Part shown: positions 1 through 12,227 of the stretch, piece after piece
Layout of the letters: the number at the start of each line of letters is the position of its first letter
Position numbering within the stretch: position 1 is the stretch's first letter
Source of the DNA: Paragordius varius
Taxonomy: Eukaryota; Animalia; Nematomorpha
Direction: 5' to 3'
Assembly: GCA_964247055.1 (NCBI GenBank)
Contig: OZ176053.1
Span: forward strand, 1,488,001-1,552,000
DNA: 64,000 bases
The notes under the pieces: model-generated
Database searches by the model: none
What the model was told of the DNA's origin: nothing
Seen by the model: the letters and a program-made list of their open reading frames with translations, nothing else
Position numbers and translations under genes: made by a program

Positions 1-374
1 GTAACGTGGCTTAGAAGCAACAATCCCATATGAATAATAATCCTATTGACTTAAAGGTACAGGTTACATTTAAGCGCTTTTATTAGCTCCCCAGTACCCC
101 ATTTAAAATATGCCTCCAGAGAAAATTTTATTTTCGAACTTCATATTGTTTCGAAGTTTCCTGTCACTTTTTATTCTTTAGGTAAAAAATCATTACTACT
201 TAAGGATGGTTTGTAACTATCAAAAGTTTTATTGAATTAACGAATCATTACGGTTAAGTTTTTTTTTGTTTCTTTGTGAGTTTAAATGCTTACTTTTACA
301 ATTTTAAAGTAGATTTAAATAAAATAAAACCAATAATTGAACCCAAAATATATAATAAATGTACTACCTTTTAG

Positions 375-3167
375 ACAACATACCCCAAAACAGATGAACA
401 GCGGGCTAAAATACGTGAAGGACTTAAAAGTGCCTGGCTCCTCAAATCCCTGGACGATGAAGAAATCGAAGAGGTTATAGATGCCATTTTTACACTGCCC
501 GTCAAAAAGGGGGACACGGTATAATAGATTGATTCAAATGAAATTAATAAGATTAAAAATTGGCCTTACAATAACAGAAAAAAAGAAATCATCAGATGAT
601 TGGTTAAGTATGCATAAATATCCCATATTATCTGTTAAAAATGGCAAATAAAAACAGATTCAATACATATGATTAATCAAAAAATGGCTCACAAAGTTTT
701 TTAATAGATTAATAGGTAATCTATAGGTAATTAATTTGTTTATAATCACTGTTTTTTTTGAATAATTTGCCCGTCCAATGATTTTAAGTTCCTCCAAAAG
801 TAATATTTTTATGAAAAGAGAAATTTGTATGAAAAAGTAGCCACATAAAGTAATTAATATGGACAAACTTGGTATATTAATTAATTAAACTCAACTGCTA
901 ATATCATTACATTAACATTTTTTCCTATCAATAAGTTTTTTTTATTTATTGATTTAAAAGAAGTATATCTATATATTTGCCATTTATTTTATTGTATTAT
1001 GAACACCTATTCCATCCTATTTTCTAGATTATTGAACAAGGGCAACCAGGAGAAAATTTTTACATTATAGAAAATGGTAGCTATGATGTTTTTGTAGCTT
1101 CCGCAAACTCACCCTCAAACCCTAAAAAGGTAAAAATGGGAAAGAAAATTAAGCATAAAGAAATTTTTTTAATATATTTAAGGCTTAAAATCCAATATTA
1201 AAACGAATTTTACCGATGAAGTTTTTTATATGGTATATGGTCCGAAAACTAGCCAGCAATTTTATCATTAACAGACCGGATTGAGTTTTTGATTTTGTTC
1301 AATGCCTCTTTGTTTTTAAAACTATTCAATTATAATTATAATTCATATAACCAATGATTTTTGATACGCAATATACTAATATTATATTTTTGTTTTACAC
1401 AAAAATTTTATATTAAGCATTTTAATTGTGCTCATCTTTTGTGCAGCAAAGTCTTATGATTAAACTTATTTTTAAAGACTTATATTGATAAATATTATGC
1501 TGCCTTTTATGCATTATCGATTTGTTTTTACAAAAGGTTTCAAGCTATCAGGACAGCGGATATTTTGGAGAAATTGCTTTGTTATGCAATTTACCCCGAA
1601 CCGCTACGGTTATTGCCACAAGCGATGGATCTTTGTGGGGCGTAGATCGTCAAACATTTCGTAGAATCGTAATACGCAAAGCGTATGAAAAGCGAGAATA
1701 CCACAAAGAACTCCTTAAAGGCTGCTCACTTTTTACGAACCTTGAGGAATATGAACAATTTAAAATATTGGATGCTTTTGGTTAGATTTTTTGATAATTC
1801 TAGAGCTTTTTTTACCTCAGATAAGATTGAATTATTTAATAATTCAATAACTAATTTTTTTGAATGATGCGTTCAACCGAGGACCTTATTAAGGATATCA
1901 AATATGCATCTAATTATTTAGACCAGGGGTTTCCAAGCACAAATGGCTTTGCGGCCTTTAATTTTGACTAAAAAAACTGGTGGGCTTATTTACAATATTT
2001 ATAAAGTAACATTTTTTTCTAGTTTTTGTCAATTGGGTAGAATTATTTAGAATTAATTTTTTAAGAATTATCGATTTTATTTGATTTTGTTAGCATACAG
2101 AAATTCTTAAAGGAGGGCCAGGTGTTAGCCACTTCTGATTTAGATAAAACCGTTTACTTATATTCAAAACAGCCGAACCTACACAGGTTATATAATTTTT
2201 GCCATCGGAAATCATTAATTTAATTAATTGCATAGATACCAGGCAATACAAAGCTGGTGAAACTATCATTAGGCAAGGGGATCGTGGAGACGGTATGTAT
2301 TTCATAAAAGAAGGAACTGTTCGTGTCGTAATCGATAAAGAGGACAAACAACATACTTGTAAATTACTTTTTGATGAATACAATATTATATGTAGTTGTA
2401 AATCACGACGGGTGTTCAACACAAATGGCTTCGGAGGCCGCTTTTTCAAAATATAAGGGCATTTTTTGAGGGCTGTCAACATTCCTGTTTTAAATGGTAG
2501 ATTTTGACCATTTTTTAAAAATATAGTATATAATTTTTTCAAATTCACCCTTGAAGAAATCAAATTTACCCTCGAACAATTTAAATTCGCCCTTGTATTT
2601 GAATTCACCCTAAAAAAACAATTATGTGTTTTAAATTTATATAACTAATTATTAATATAAAATATATCTTTATGGCATAGTTTATTATTTTATCATTATA
2701 AATTTTTAATATATTTAAAAATATATTAAAATATAGTTATTTTTAACTTAACAAAACCCATAATTTGTTTGAGGTGAATAGGAATTGTTCAAAAGTGAAT
2801 TTGAGTTGTTAAAGGGTTAATTTGAATTTCGTAAATGGTATATTTAGAGAAAGTTTTGAAAGTTAACTGTCAGATTTAACTATTTGCTTATACATGTAAA
2901 AATTGAAAATTTTTCCATATTTTAGCTCAAAAGAAAACACGAACACTTGCAACGCTCGGGAAAAATGAATATTTTGGGGAATTAGCACTGCTTACTAATC
3001 AACCCAGATCGGCGACAGTTATAGCGGATTCAAATGTTGTTTTAGCGTTTTTAGCCACGGAAGACTTTGAACGGTTACTTGGGTCTTGTCGAGAAATACT
3101 GAAAAGAAATCAACACATTTACAATGAAAATATGAAGCGCGCTACCCTTAAACCTGGTGCATGCTAA
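375..3167 (+). CDS. PRKAR2: cAMP-dependent protein kinase regulatory subunit (type II-like), 5'-partial. Exons 375-518, 1028-1129, 1537-1780, 2236-2358, 2926-3167
   Basis: GT-AG joined exons give a continuous frame: YPKTDEQR...IIEQGQPGENFYII...FGEIALLCNLPRTATV...IIRQGDRGDGMYFI...FGELALLTNQPRSATV...LKRN. This is two tandem cyclic-nucleotide-binding domains. The PKTDEQR linker resembles RII. The D/D domain and inhibitor site must lie upstream of the window. Confidence 0.9.
2530..2840. mobile_element. Palindromic MITE family A in PKA-R intron (left end degenerate)
   Basis: TTCAAATTCACCC subterminal repeats and a right end GTAAATGGTA. Confidence 0.7.
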
Positions 3168-3336
3168 AATAAGCGTTTTGAAAAGCTCTTTTTTTGAGAT
3201 GTGTAGCTAAATATATTTTAGGTTTGAAAAGATATTCACAAATACTCTAATATTGTTGTTCTTTTATAATATTTCACATTTTGGAAATAATAAATGATTT
3301 GACTTCACATTATTTGTATTTATTAGTATATATTTA

Positions 3337-3520
3337 CAGTATGAGTATAAATATTGCTAGAAAGTTTATAATAATTGTCAAATAGTATATGCAGTAAAGA
3401 GAATTATTATTGGCTAATAATAATAAAAAGTGAAAAAATTACTATAAGCCAGTATGCCCTTTAGTGTATATACTATTTGGCAATAATTAATAACTTTCTA
3501 GCAATGTATACCTCTTACTG
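3337..3520. mobile_element. MITE family E between the convergent PKA-R and KCTD 3' ends
   Basis: TA|CAGTATGAGT...CTCTTACTG|TA. A second copy in opposite orientation is at 14873-15067. Confidence 0.75.
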
Positions 3521-3603
3521 TAATTTAAATATTCTTACAGAACAAGAAAATATTAAATGCAACATTTTCATATAAATATATTAAAGTTAGTGTAAAATAT
3601 TAA

Positions 3604-5668
3604 TCAATCTTCAAACAGCGGGTTAGTAATGTGATCCTTTGACCGTTTATAAAATATATATTCGCAAATATTTGTGATTGCATCATTATTTTTTATTTCG
3701 TGTGAATTCATTAGTTCAAACCCATTGTTGAATAGGATTGATAGCAAATGACACCAATCCATTCGTTTAATATTTAAAGATATGCTCCGCTTAGGGTCCT
3801 TAGTTAAATAGGTTGTATGGTTTATTTCCAAATTTTTATCATCATGATCGTTGATGATGGCTTCTGAAGGAATTAGTGTTGAGATGTAATCTAAATTTGC
3901 CCCCATTAAACATATCTGTTGTGTTTGTAATAGCATTTTCCCCTTTTCTAAGTTACGTTCCAATAAAATTACTATAGTATCTCCTTCACTAATCGTATCG
4001 CCATTGATTGAACCATTTTGATATGAATTTTTATTATTGTGGGTAAGGTAAGTTGTCGTTTGTGAACAGGGAAGAATGGAATTGGAATTGGAATTGGTTC
4101 CCAATTTTTTTGCCAACAAATTATCGACAAATAAACTTTTACGGCGTTTGTTGTAACTGCTGTCATCATATCCATTGCATAAGTTTTCACACGTATTATC
4201 TCGAGTTGATAATAATTTTCTTTTACTGGAGGGATCAAGAATGGATATTTCATTGGGCACATGGCCATTTACCAGCTTATCGGGTGTATGATTGTTCATT
4301 TCACTTATCTTCTGTTCTCGATATGCTTTTATATCTTTTATCATTGCAGCTATGTGAAAATATTCAGCTTCTGCCAGCAATAAATCCCACTCCTCAAAAT
4401 TTTTTGGTAATAGGAGTGAGGGTCTGTTTTTAGAATCGGAATCTTTTAAATCGTCAAAAGTAGTATTTCTAAGATAATTGATTATATGTCTAAACAATTT
4501 CCCGTCGCGATCAATGAAGTAGTGTTGCTTAAAGCTATCCAATACGATAGGAAGTGTCCCGTTAAACAATTTTGCTAATCGTGATTCTGGATCTCTGCGC
4601 AAATTAAAAAAATTTGTTTATCTAAAAGCTTTTGAAAATTTTTTATGATTGTTTTATTGCAAATAACCCTTATATCAAATTTATATTTGATGTGGTTTAT
4701 ACTTTAGCCATACATATATCATAGTATTTATTTATTTATTTAATGTTATTGTTAACAAAACCCACTAAATAAGGGACGAGTTTTCAAATAACGCATCATA
4801 AATCAGGCTTTTTGATTATTTTTGTTGATATTTATAAGAAGTTTTAAGTTTTTTATTTAGATTTATAATCTAATTTCAGTTAAATTTTAACAATGTTGTT
4901 GTTTTCAAAACGTTTAAATCATTTTTGGAACTATTGCCTCAAATTTATGGATTAACTCAAAATTTTGTTTATCGGCTTCTTTACCATATTACGAGTTAAG
5001 AAAAGAGAAAAAAAAATGTATGTAAAATGGTGTGATAAATACTTTGTTAAGGTTTCTAATGTTGTGGTGTATGTCGTACCTCCGACATCAATATGTACCG
5101 GCGCATTAAGTTTTGTGATTTTAGCCATCGCGGGGACACCAGAAATGATAGGTTTTGTGTTTAAATTGTTTGAGTTTGAGCTTGAACTTGTACAATTCTT
5201 TAACATTAATGAGGTGTGAGGATTGCTTTCAAAACTCGATGTAACGAATTTTCCTGCACAATTTACTGAGATTCCTGAATTTATATTATTGCTTGGTTGT
5301 GATTTTACAAGGTTTGCTAAAGAGCTATGTGTCAAACCATTGGAAATACGGATTATTTCATTACCAATATTAGTTGTTAAACCGTTGAGATACACCATTG
5401 CTCTCGGCAAGTTTTGCAAGAGGGAAGGTGGTGTATTACCCAAAATAGTTGTGGAATTCTTTCGATTGGGCGACAAAGATATTATCGATGATATAGCCTG
5501 ATTGTCGGGTAGTTGAGAACTGCTATTATTATGCATTATAGGTTTTGATTCAGAAAATTTTAGAGGGCTTTTAAAGCCCGTTCTCATTTCAGAATCGCTC
5601 TCATACTTGTTTGATATGGCAGAATTTTTGTTTGATTCTGGAGTAGTAACGATATTTATGTGAGGCAT
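3604..5668 (-). CDS. KCTD15: BTB/POZ (T1-type) domain protein, KCTD1/KCTD15-like, about 538 aa. Exons 5668-5043 and 4594-3604
   Basis: The spliced sequence TKLNAPVHIDVGGTTYTTTLETLTK|DPESRLAKLFNGTLPIVLDSFKQHYFIDRDGKLFRHIINYLR matches the KCTD1/15 BTB. The C-terminal LSILFNNGF...EYIF resembles the KCTD1/15 CTD. The phase-2 GT-AG intron is 5042-4595. An additional upstream exon cannot be excluded. Confidence 0.85.
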
Positions 5669-6424
5669 ATCCCGGAAAAATTATAGTATTATTGATATTA
5701 TTGATAATTGTAAGATAATATTATAAGGGCTAAAAAGACGCGAATTTATGATATTAGAAAAGCGTTTTTGCGTTTTTATTAGCATGAAAATTTGGAAATT
5801 TGTGTTACATAAAAAAGATCCACATGTCTTATTTTTATATATTCTGTACTGGGAAGCGTCATTTATACATCATATATTATCAATAAAATAAACTGCTGGA
5901 CGCTTTATAACTTGGGGATGGGACATTGTCAGATCCAAAAATCGATAAATTTCTTTTTAAATTTCTCTATACAACAATATTAGGAGGGAACATATATTAA
6001 TCAACGCGCGAAAAACTAGGGGGCAGTATTCTTATATATAAATTTAATTTAAAATTTAAAATATCAGGTTTTATATAATAAGATGCGTTTTGCGTTTGTA
6101 TTTAAGAGCAAAGTAGAAAATATTAGTATATGGTGCCGATGGCAATTTCGAAAACTTTACACTGATATGTAATTAACTGCCTACGGCATTTATTTATAAT
6201 ATAAGAATAATAATATAATAAAATTCATTTTTTCTTTTATTATTATTTGTAAAAAAAACCTAACTTTTGTATTGACATTGCCATTATTATTCCACCTTTT
6301 TTTCCATAAAAAATTTATGATTTTTAAAATATTTAATTAAACTGAAATGAAAGTTTGATATACTAATATGTTTGCTTTGAATCAAACAATAATTACATGC
6401 AATCCTTTCTTATCATATTAAATA

Positions 6425-6648
6425 TACCATTTACAGTTTAAATTCACCCTTTAACAATTCAAATTCACCCTAAAAATAAATTATGTGTTTTCAAACTAAT
6501 AAAACTTATTATTAATATAAAATATATCTATCTTTATGGCATAGTTTATTAATTTTAAAATATAGGTAATTTTTAATTTCAAAAAACATATAATTAATTT
6601 AAGGGTGAATTTCAATTGTTTAAGGGTGAAATAGAATTGTAAATGGCA
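6425..6648. mobile_element. MITE family A
   Basis: TIR TACCATTTACAGTT..AATTCACCC in a TA context. Confidence 0.8.
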
Positions 6649-7525
6649 TATCATATTCCGGGTATGATTATTTTGCATTTAAAACTGTTATTAATAAAAA
6701 TATTTTTACATTAGGCATATTTTTTTTTAAAACTGTATTCACTGTTAAAGTCAAATATGTTTACTCCAGAAAAATAAAGAAGATATATATCCAAAAAAAT
6801 TCAATTAAATATAATATACTGAGTAATTTATGTATAAAATGGCTAAATGGGAATACATGAGATAATTTAATATATGAAATTGACATATGTTTCTAACATT
6901 CGTTAACATAGCTCTGAAATATGGTATAATACTAACAAAAAATGACAAATTTATTCACAAAAGTTCGTGTATTTCTTTAAAAAATTATTAGTTGGAAACA
7001 AATTTTTAAGAATCATTTCTTTGGATAAAACACATGTTTTAGATTTTTAATTTTAGATTCCTTTTTAGTGATATATATATATATATATATATATATGATT
7101 TATTAGTGTCGTAAATTAGTGGTACCTGTTTAAGTTATGTAAAATTTTAGCCGATGTTTAGCTTTAATCTTAGAAAATTGGGAATTAAGCGCCATATGTG
7201 GCTTTTTAACTATTATGTAAAGCGGCAAAACCTTTATATATTTGTAATGATCTAAGCTTTAAATAACCAAAACATTTTAAATTACACCAAAAAAATATTT
7301 AAAGAGTTATTGTGGTTTGGTCATTAAAAATGTTAAAATTATAGAAAAATATCGGGAGAAAGTTCGGAAATTAGTCCGAATTAATACACAGCATAGTCAT
7401 TTATTGATTTAAAAGGCTGTTCAGGTTATGGCAAAGGTAAACCCACAGGATTTGCTTTAATATTTTAGTTTCAAATGTGCTTTATTTATTATTATTTTTT
7501 ATGTTTTTTTTATAATAATTTATAC

Positions 7526-9966
7526 CAGTGGTACTCACCAAAAAAATTTGACGGGCCAAATAAAATATATATTTTTTTCGAGGGCCATGAAACTTATAAT
7601 GGCAAATATTCCATAGCTCTTTGACACATATGCACTTATTTATACTCTAAATCAGCACAATGGTTTTTGCGGATCGCATAATCCAGCTAAAAACTTGTTT
7701 TGCACCATTTAGTTAAAAAAATTAAAATATATTGATAACTACAGTATTGGACATTAACCAATAATTTTTGACAATTTTGGCTTCGCCTCATGACAGATCA
7801 ATCTTAATACGTCGTCCATATGATTATCGGTTAAGCGATTTCTGTATCTATTCTTGAGATACCTTATTTTTGAATATGCTGTCCACGGGTAACTTGAGAA
7901 AAAACAGTTAGGATAACTTGAGCACATTTTTTTATATTTTCATATTTATTTGGCACATCTTGCCAAAACTCTGCATATCTTTCTTCCCTACGATTCTCCT
8001 TGAATATAGCCCCTTGGAATCATTTAGAATCTACAACTTCAATATGCGCCTGATCAAAACCGAAATGCTCAAGCTGCTTAATATTGGATATATCCATATG
8101 CCATGTTTTTTTAACGAGTTTTAAGCATTTTTTAATATTTCTTTTGAAATCTGAATTTTATTTCATTAGATAAAAATGTTAAATGATTTTCTATTATTAA
8201 ATTAATCTCCGCGGTAAATTCCATATTTTCTTCATGAATTAATTGTTGGAAAATATAGGGGTGTTTAATTTATAAAATCTTGTATATATATATATATATA
8301 TATATTAGTTTTTCTTCATAAGCAAATTATGATTAGCAAATTGGGTTATTATTTTGCTCCCTTAAACTTGTATTAAAAATACTAAGTTAATAAGAAATGT
8401 CGCATAGGTCCAATAAAACCGACCATTTGTCACTATTAATTTCCTCGTCAAACCTTCTGTTATCTTTTAAAAATAATAGAATTTCATGTCTTGAAACAGA
8501 AAATCTTTTTAATACTTTGCTAAGGCTTAGCCATCTCACAGCGGTTTACAAAAGAATATCATCAAACTCACTGTGGATACCTTTCAAAAGGTTTTTGAAA
8601 CAGCGGTTGAATTTTCTGCAACGGATGTGGTTAACTATATACACAACCGTTTTAATAACAGAATGAAGTGATGTCTTGAAAGATGAGTTTTGCTGATGAA
8701 TAACGCAATGAAAGGATAAAATAATTTGCAAACTATTTGTTTTTCAAAAGAGAAAAAATCCTTTGTTTATTCCTATCATTAATGGACAGCTATCTGTACA
8801 GATCGAAACCAATTTTTTCATAGATATAATATAATTATCAAAAAAATTGCTAATCGTGAAAACTTCCTTTCGTGGTATTATTCATTGGTAAAATTTTGAA
8901 TATTCCTCGTTGATTATGTTGTCGTTCCAAATCGCACGAATAGCGCACATTGAGGTGTTGAACTAATATCAGTGCTAGAATCAATAGCAATACCAAAATA
9001 TTTGCAGTTTTCAGAGCCAATAATGTATTGTTAAAAATATTATATTTAAACATATCTTCAATGCGATGATTGATTCAGAAAAATTTTTTTTATATCAAAT
9101 AACAAACTGCAACCATTTATTAGGCATTCTTTTATTAGTTGGGAGTGGTTTTATATTTTACCTAAAAAATAGCAAATTTCATACGAAGCTAATGTTAAAG
9201 CTTTTCCTGGGAGAAAGCCATGGATATAATAGATTTTTCTTTCTGGTATAATTCTTTAATCATTTTGTATTTTTTGTTTTCCGCATTCTGTTGATTTATG
9301 AGAAATTTGTATGGTAAATTGTCTTTCAGTATTGTATTTTTTTATAATTATGTTGTCCTTTCATATAAGGCAGGTCATTATAATTTAAAACAACAATGCC
9401 ATTCTTTTTTAAAGGAGCGATTTTCATCGGATAATTTAAGTTTTTTAGCATTAGATGTCATCATTTGAATTTATGATTAGGTAAATTTTTCCAAAAAATA
9501 GGAATATAAGAATTTTGCTATTAAAAACAGGCCGAAATTTAATTATGTTAATTTGAAAAATTTATGGGAATAAGTTGTAAAAAATGATGCAGGATAGCAA
9601 TGAGAATAATATATATATATATATGCAAGTTTGGGTGAAAGGCTTGCTTAAATACAAAAAAAGAATGCAATAAAAACTTCAAAATAGAAAAAAAAATAAA
9701 ATACAGAAGCAACGTGCGCCAAAGTTTTGAAATCATTTTGTAATGTAGGGAAATTTTTCTACATTTCAAATTGGGTAAAAATAACAATTACCAAAATTAA
9801 ATCTAAAGAAAATAATATAATATTAAAATAAGCGAAAATTCGTTTAAGTGTATTTTAAAAAAATCATCAATAAAAAAATAATTCAAGTATCAATATGGTC
9901 AAAGGGCAATTTTAAAGCGCTCTTAGGGCCGCATGCGGCCCGCGGGCCGCGGTTTGAGTATCACTG
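7526..9966 (-). mobile_element. Defective hAT transposon, Buster/SPIN-Charlie group, copy 1
   Basis: TIRs CAGTGGTACTCA / TGAGTATCACTG and a perfect 8-bp TSD ATTTATAC (NNNTANNN, Buster-type). Transposase remnants on the minus strand include YFGIAIDSSTDISSTPQCALFVR, IVNHIR...LLYTAVRWLS and the C-terminal dimerization domain, with frameshifts. Confidence 0.9.
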
Positions 9967-12227
9967 ATTTATACTGTGAATTTTAAAAAATTACAAATCA
10001 GTATATTAACATTTCAAAATTAGTTGTGCAAAAGCTTGATAAATTTAGTATATTAAAATTTAGTGAAACCCGAAAAACACTAATTCTTGAAACTTAATTA
10101 AGTGGTGATCCCTTTTATATTATATGAAATAATATTTATAATCGGTTGTTTTACGTTATAGGAGGTTCGAACCCCAAATCTTTTGCATTTTATATTTACA
10201 TGGTGGTGTATTTAATGAAAATCGGAGTCCTCTATTTAAAAAAAGCATAACTTAAGTTTCACCCTTTATACTTAAACTAACTAAAACTCATATGGAATCC
10301 ATATGTTCTTACAGGTTTTTTTAACTGATACTGAAAAATTACTCCAGCCGCTTACTATACGATGGGCCATTTAGGGTGAAGTTCTACGTGGTTAATTTAA
10401 AAAAGCACTGGGCTAAGATATTCGCCATTATTCTGAGAATGCATCATTTTCACGTGCAAAAAACTGTTTCAAATTTACAGGAAGATCGGCTAAATACGGG
10501 GGCTCAACTAAAAATAACCCGGTTTAGGGCAGCTTAAATAAAAAATTGCCCTATTTAATTAGAATGAACATAATTTTCTTAAAATCGACCATAGATAACC
10601 CAGCTCAACTCAACTGAGAGGGGTATTCAATGGCTCAAAACGCATTTGTGCATAAAAAGTGTACCTTTAATTTGAATAAGCCTACACTGTGAGTTTCCAT
10701 ATACTCTATATTTTTATTAATACAGAGATTGGTTATAATTCAATAAAGGGCCGCAAAAATATTTATATTGTCCTAAGGGCTGTACACCATAAAAAGCGAT
10801 AATTCATAGCTGTTTGACACATTTGCAACTATTTATACAAACAATTTCATCAAAAAATTCAAAAAAATAATTCAGGGCCATAGAAAAGCTCTTTTAGATC
10901 CGCGGTTTAAGTATCACTCACTTAGATTAATAAGGGTTTGATTTTCAGGCCAATTACAAAAAAATGGTCCAAAATTGGTTTATTCAACAATCTAAATACG
11001 TTAAGGGGGATGAAAGGGGCCTGATACACCGGGCGCCATAGTTGAAGGGGCGCTGGATATTAAAGAATTTTATTTCAAAAAATAGGTGTTTGAAAGAGTT
11101 TTTATTTTGAATAATACCTAAAAAAATCACCCATTTATGAGTGATGACCACGATTTAAATTTGATTATTTTTTTAAATGCAAGGGGTTGTATGGTGGGGC
11201 GCCTGAAATGCAAGCTACGCCTCTGCCTTCTGAGTATGCCTACTCCTGTATAATGCGTTTCATTAGCTTTGCTGAATATAATTCCAGAATAATAACATAT
11301 TAAATAATAAACTTCAAGTGCCAACCACGCCGCTCCCCAAAGTAATTATAAGCCCGCGAGAGAGATTTTTAACTATATTACATCGAAAATTTTATAATTA
11401 AAAAATGTTTTACACGAAATCTAAGTAAAGCAAATTTTTTATCATTTTTTTGAAATATTGGCAATGAACTAATAATCATAAAAAAGAAGTAGTTATTGTG
11501 TTGGTATATTTTTTTACTGCCATATGTTTGATAAAAATAAATTTATTAAGGCCATATATATTGCGAATACGGCCCCCGTCGTTTTTATCAAAACTGCTGC
11601 TGTATTTGTGTTGGACACCCCTGGTTTAAGGTCTAATTTAAAGCATAAAACGTTAAAATACTTTGTCAATCACTACTGTGTCGTTAAAGGGTAAAATACA
11701 TCTCTTTAATATACTTCAATAATGATTACATATCCAATGTATCGAAAACACAGAATTAAATACGATGATATATATAATTTTAAAAACGTAGTCTACGGAG
11801 TTGATATTGATATTTTTTTACATTCGATTTATTATATTTTAATCCAAATTTAGGTTACGAAAGTAAAAATTATTTTTAGTGGTAAATTTTAATAATATTT
11901 ATACGGTACGAAATCGTCTAACCCTCAGTATTTGTTAAAAATTTAAAATTTAGGTTAATTTTATTAATGAAGAAATTATATTTGTACCCAATTATTGATT
12001 TTTCATAGATTATATATATAATAATATTTATTCATGCAAAAGATAATCAATAATTATTGTACAAATCGTTTATTTTAATTGTTATACTTATATTATGATT
12101 GATTTAGATAAGAAAGCATTTTTCTAAAGTCTTTCTTAATTATAAATTATATCGTCTCATTTTCAATTATTTTATTGTGCAAAAACTCAAATGATTTATT
12201 CACATATTTTTGTCAACAAACCTATTA

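Noticed and set aside
1924-1960. Short hAT-like MITE ends (CAGGGGTTTCCAA at 1924; similar pieces near 2410, 11600-11623, 33240-33293 and 10790-10918)
   Set aside because: Likely real relics, but paired ends and TSDs could not be established, so they are not listed as features.
2090-2608. 172-aa minus-strand ORF, plus other ORFs antisense to real exons (4053-4433, 4965-5501, 45096-45840)
   Set aside because: These are shadows of genuine coding exons or run through MITE repeats.
2530-2840. CRISPR-like or tandem-array reading of the 21-nt repeats
   Set aside because: The repeats are head-to-tail without unique spacers and are mirrored as TIRs. They are MITE subterminal repeats in a eukaryotic intron.
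3155-3167. C-terminal Cys of PKA-R (PGAC*) as a prenylation signal
   Set aside because: The Cys is the last residue, so it does not fit CaaX, CC or CxC motifs.
10160-10176. tRNA/SINE B-box-like GGTTCGAACCC
   Set aside because: No cloverleaf or properly spaced A box could be built.
10200-10720. Moderately GC-richer island between the hAT copies, possibly coding
   Set aside because: No sustained frame or recognisable motif on either strand. Probably an old element fragment, left uncalled.
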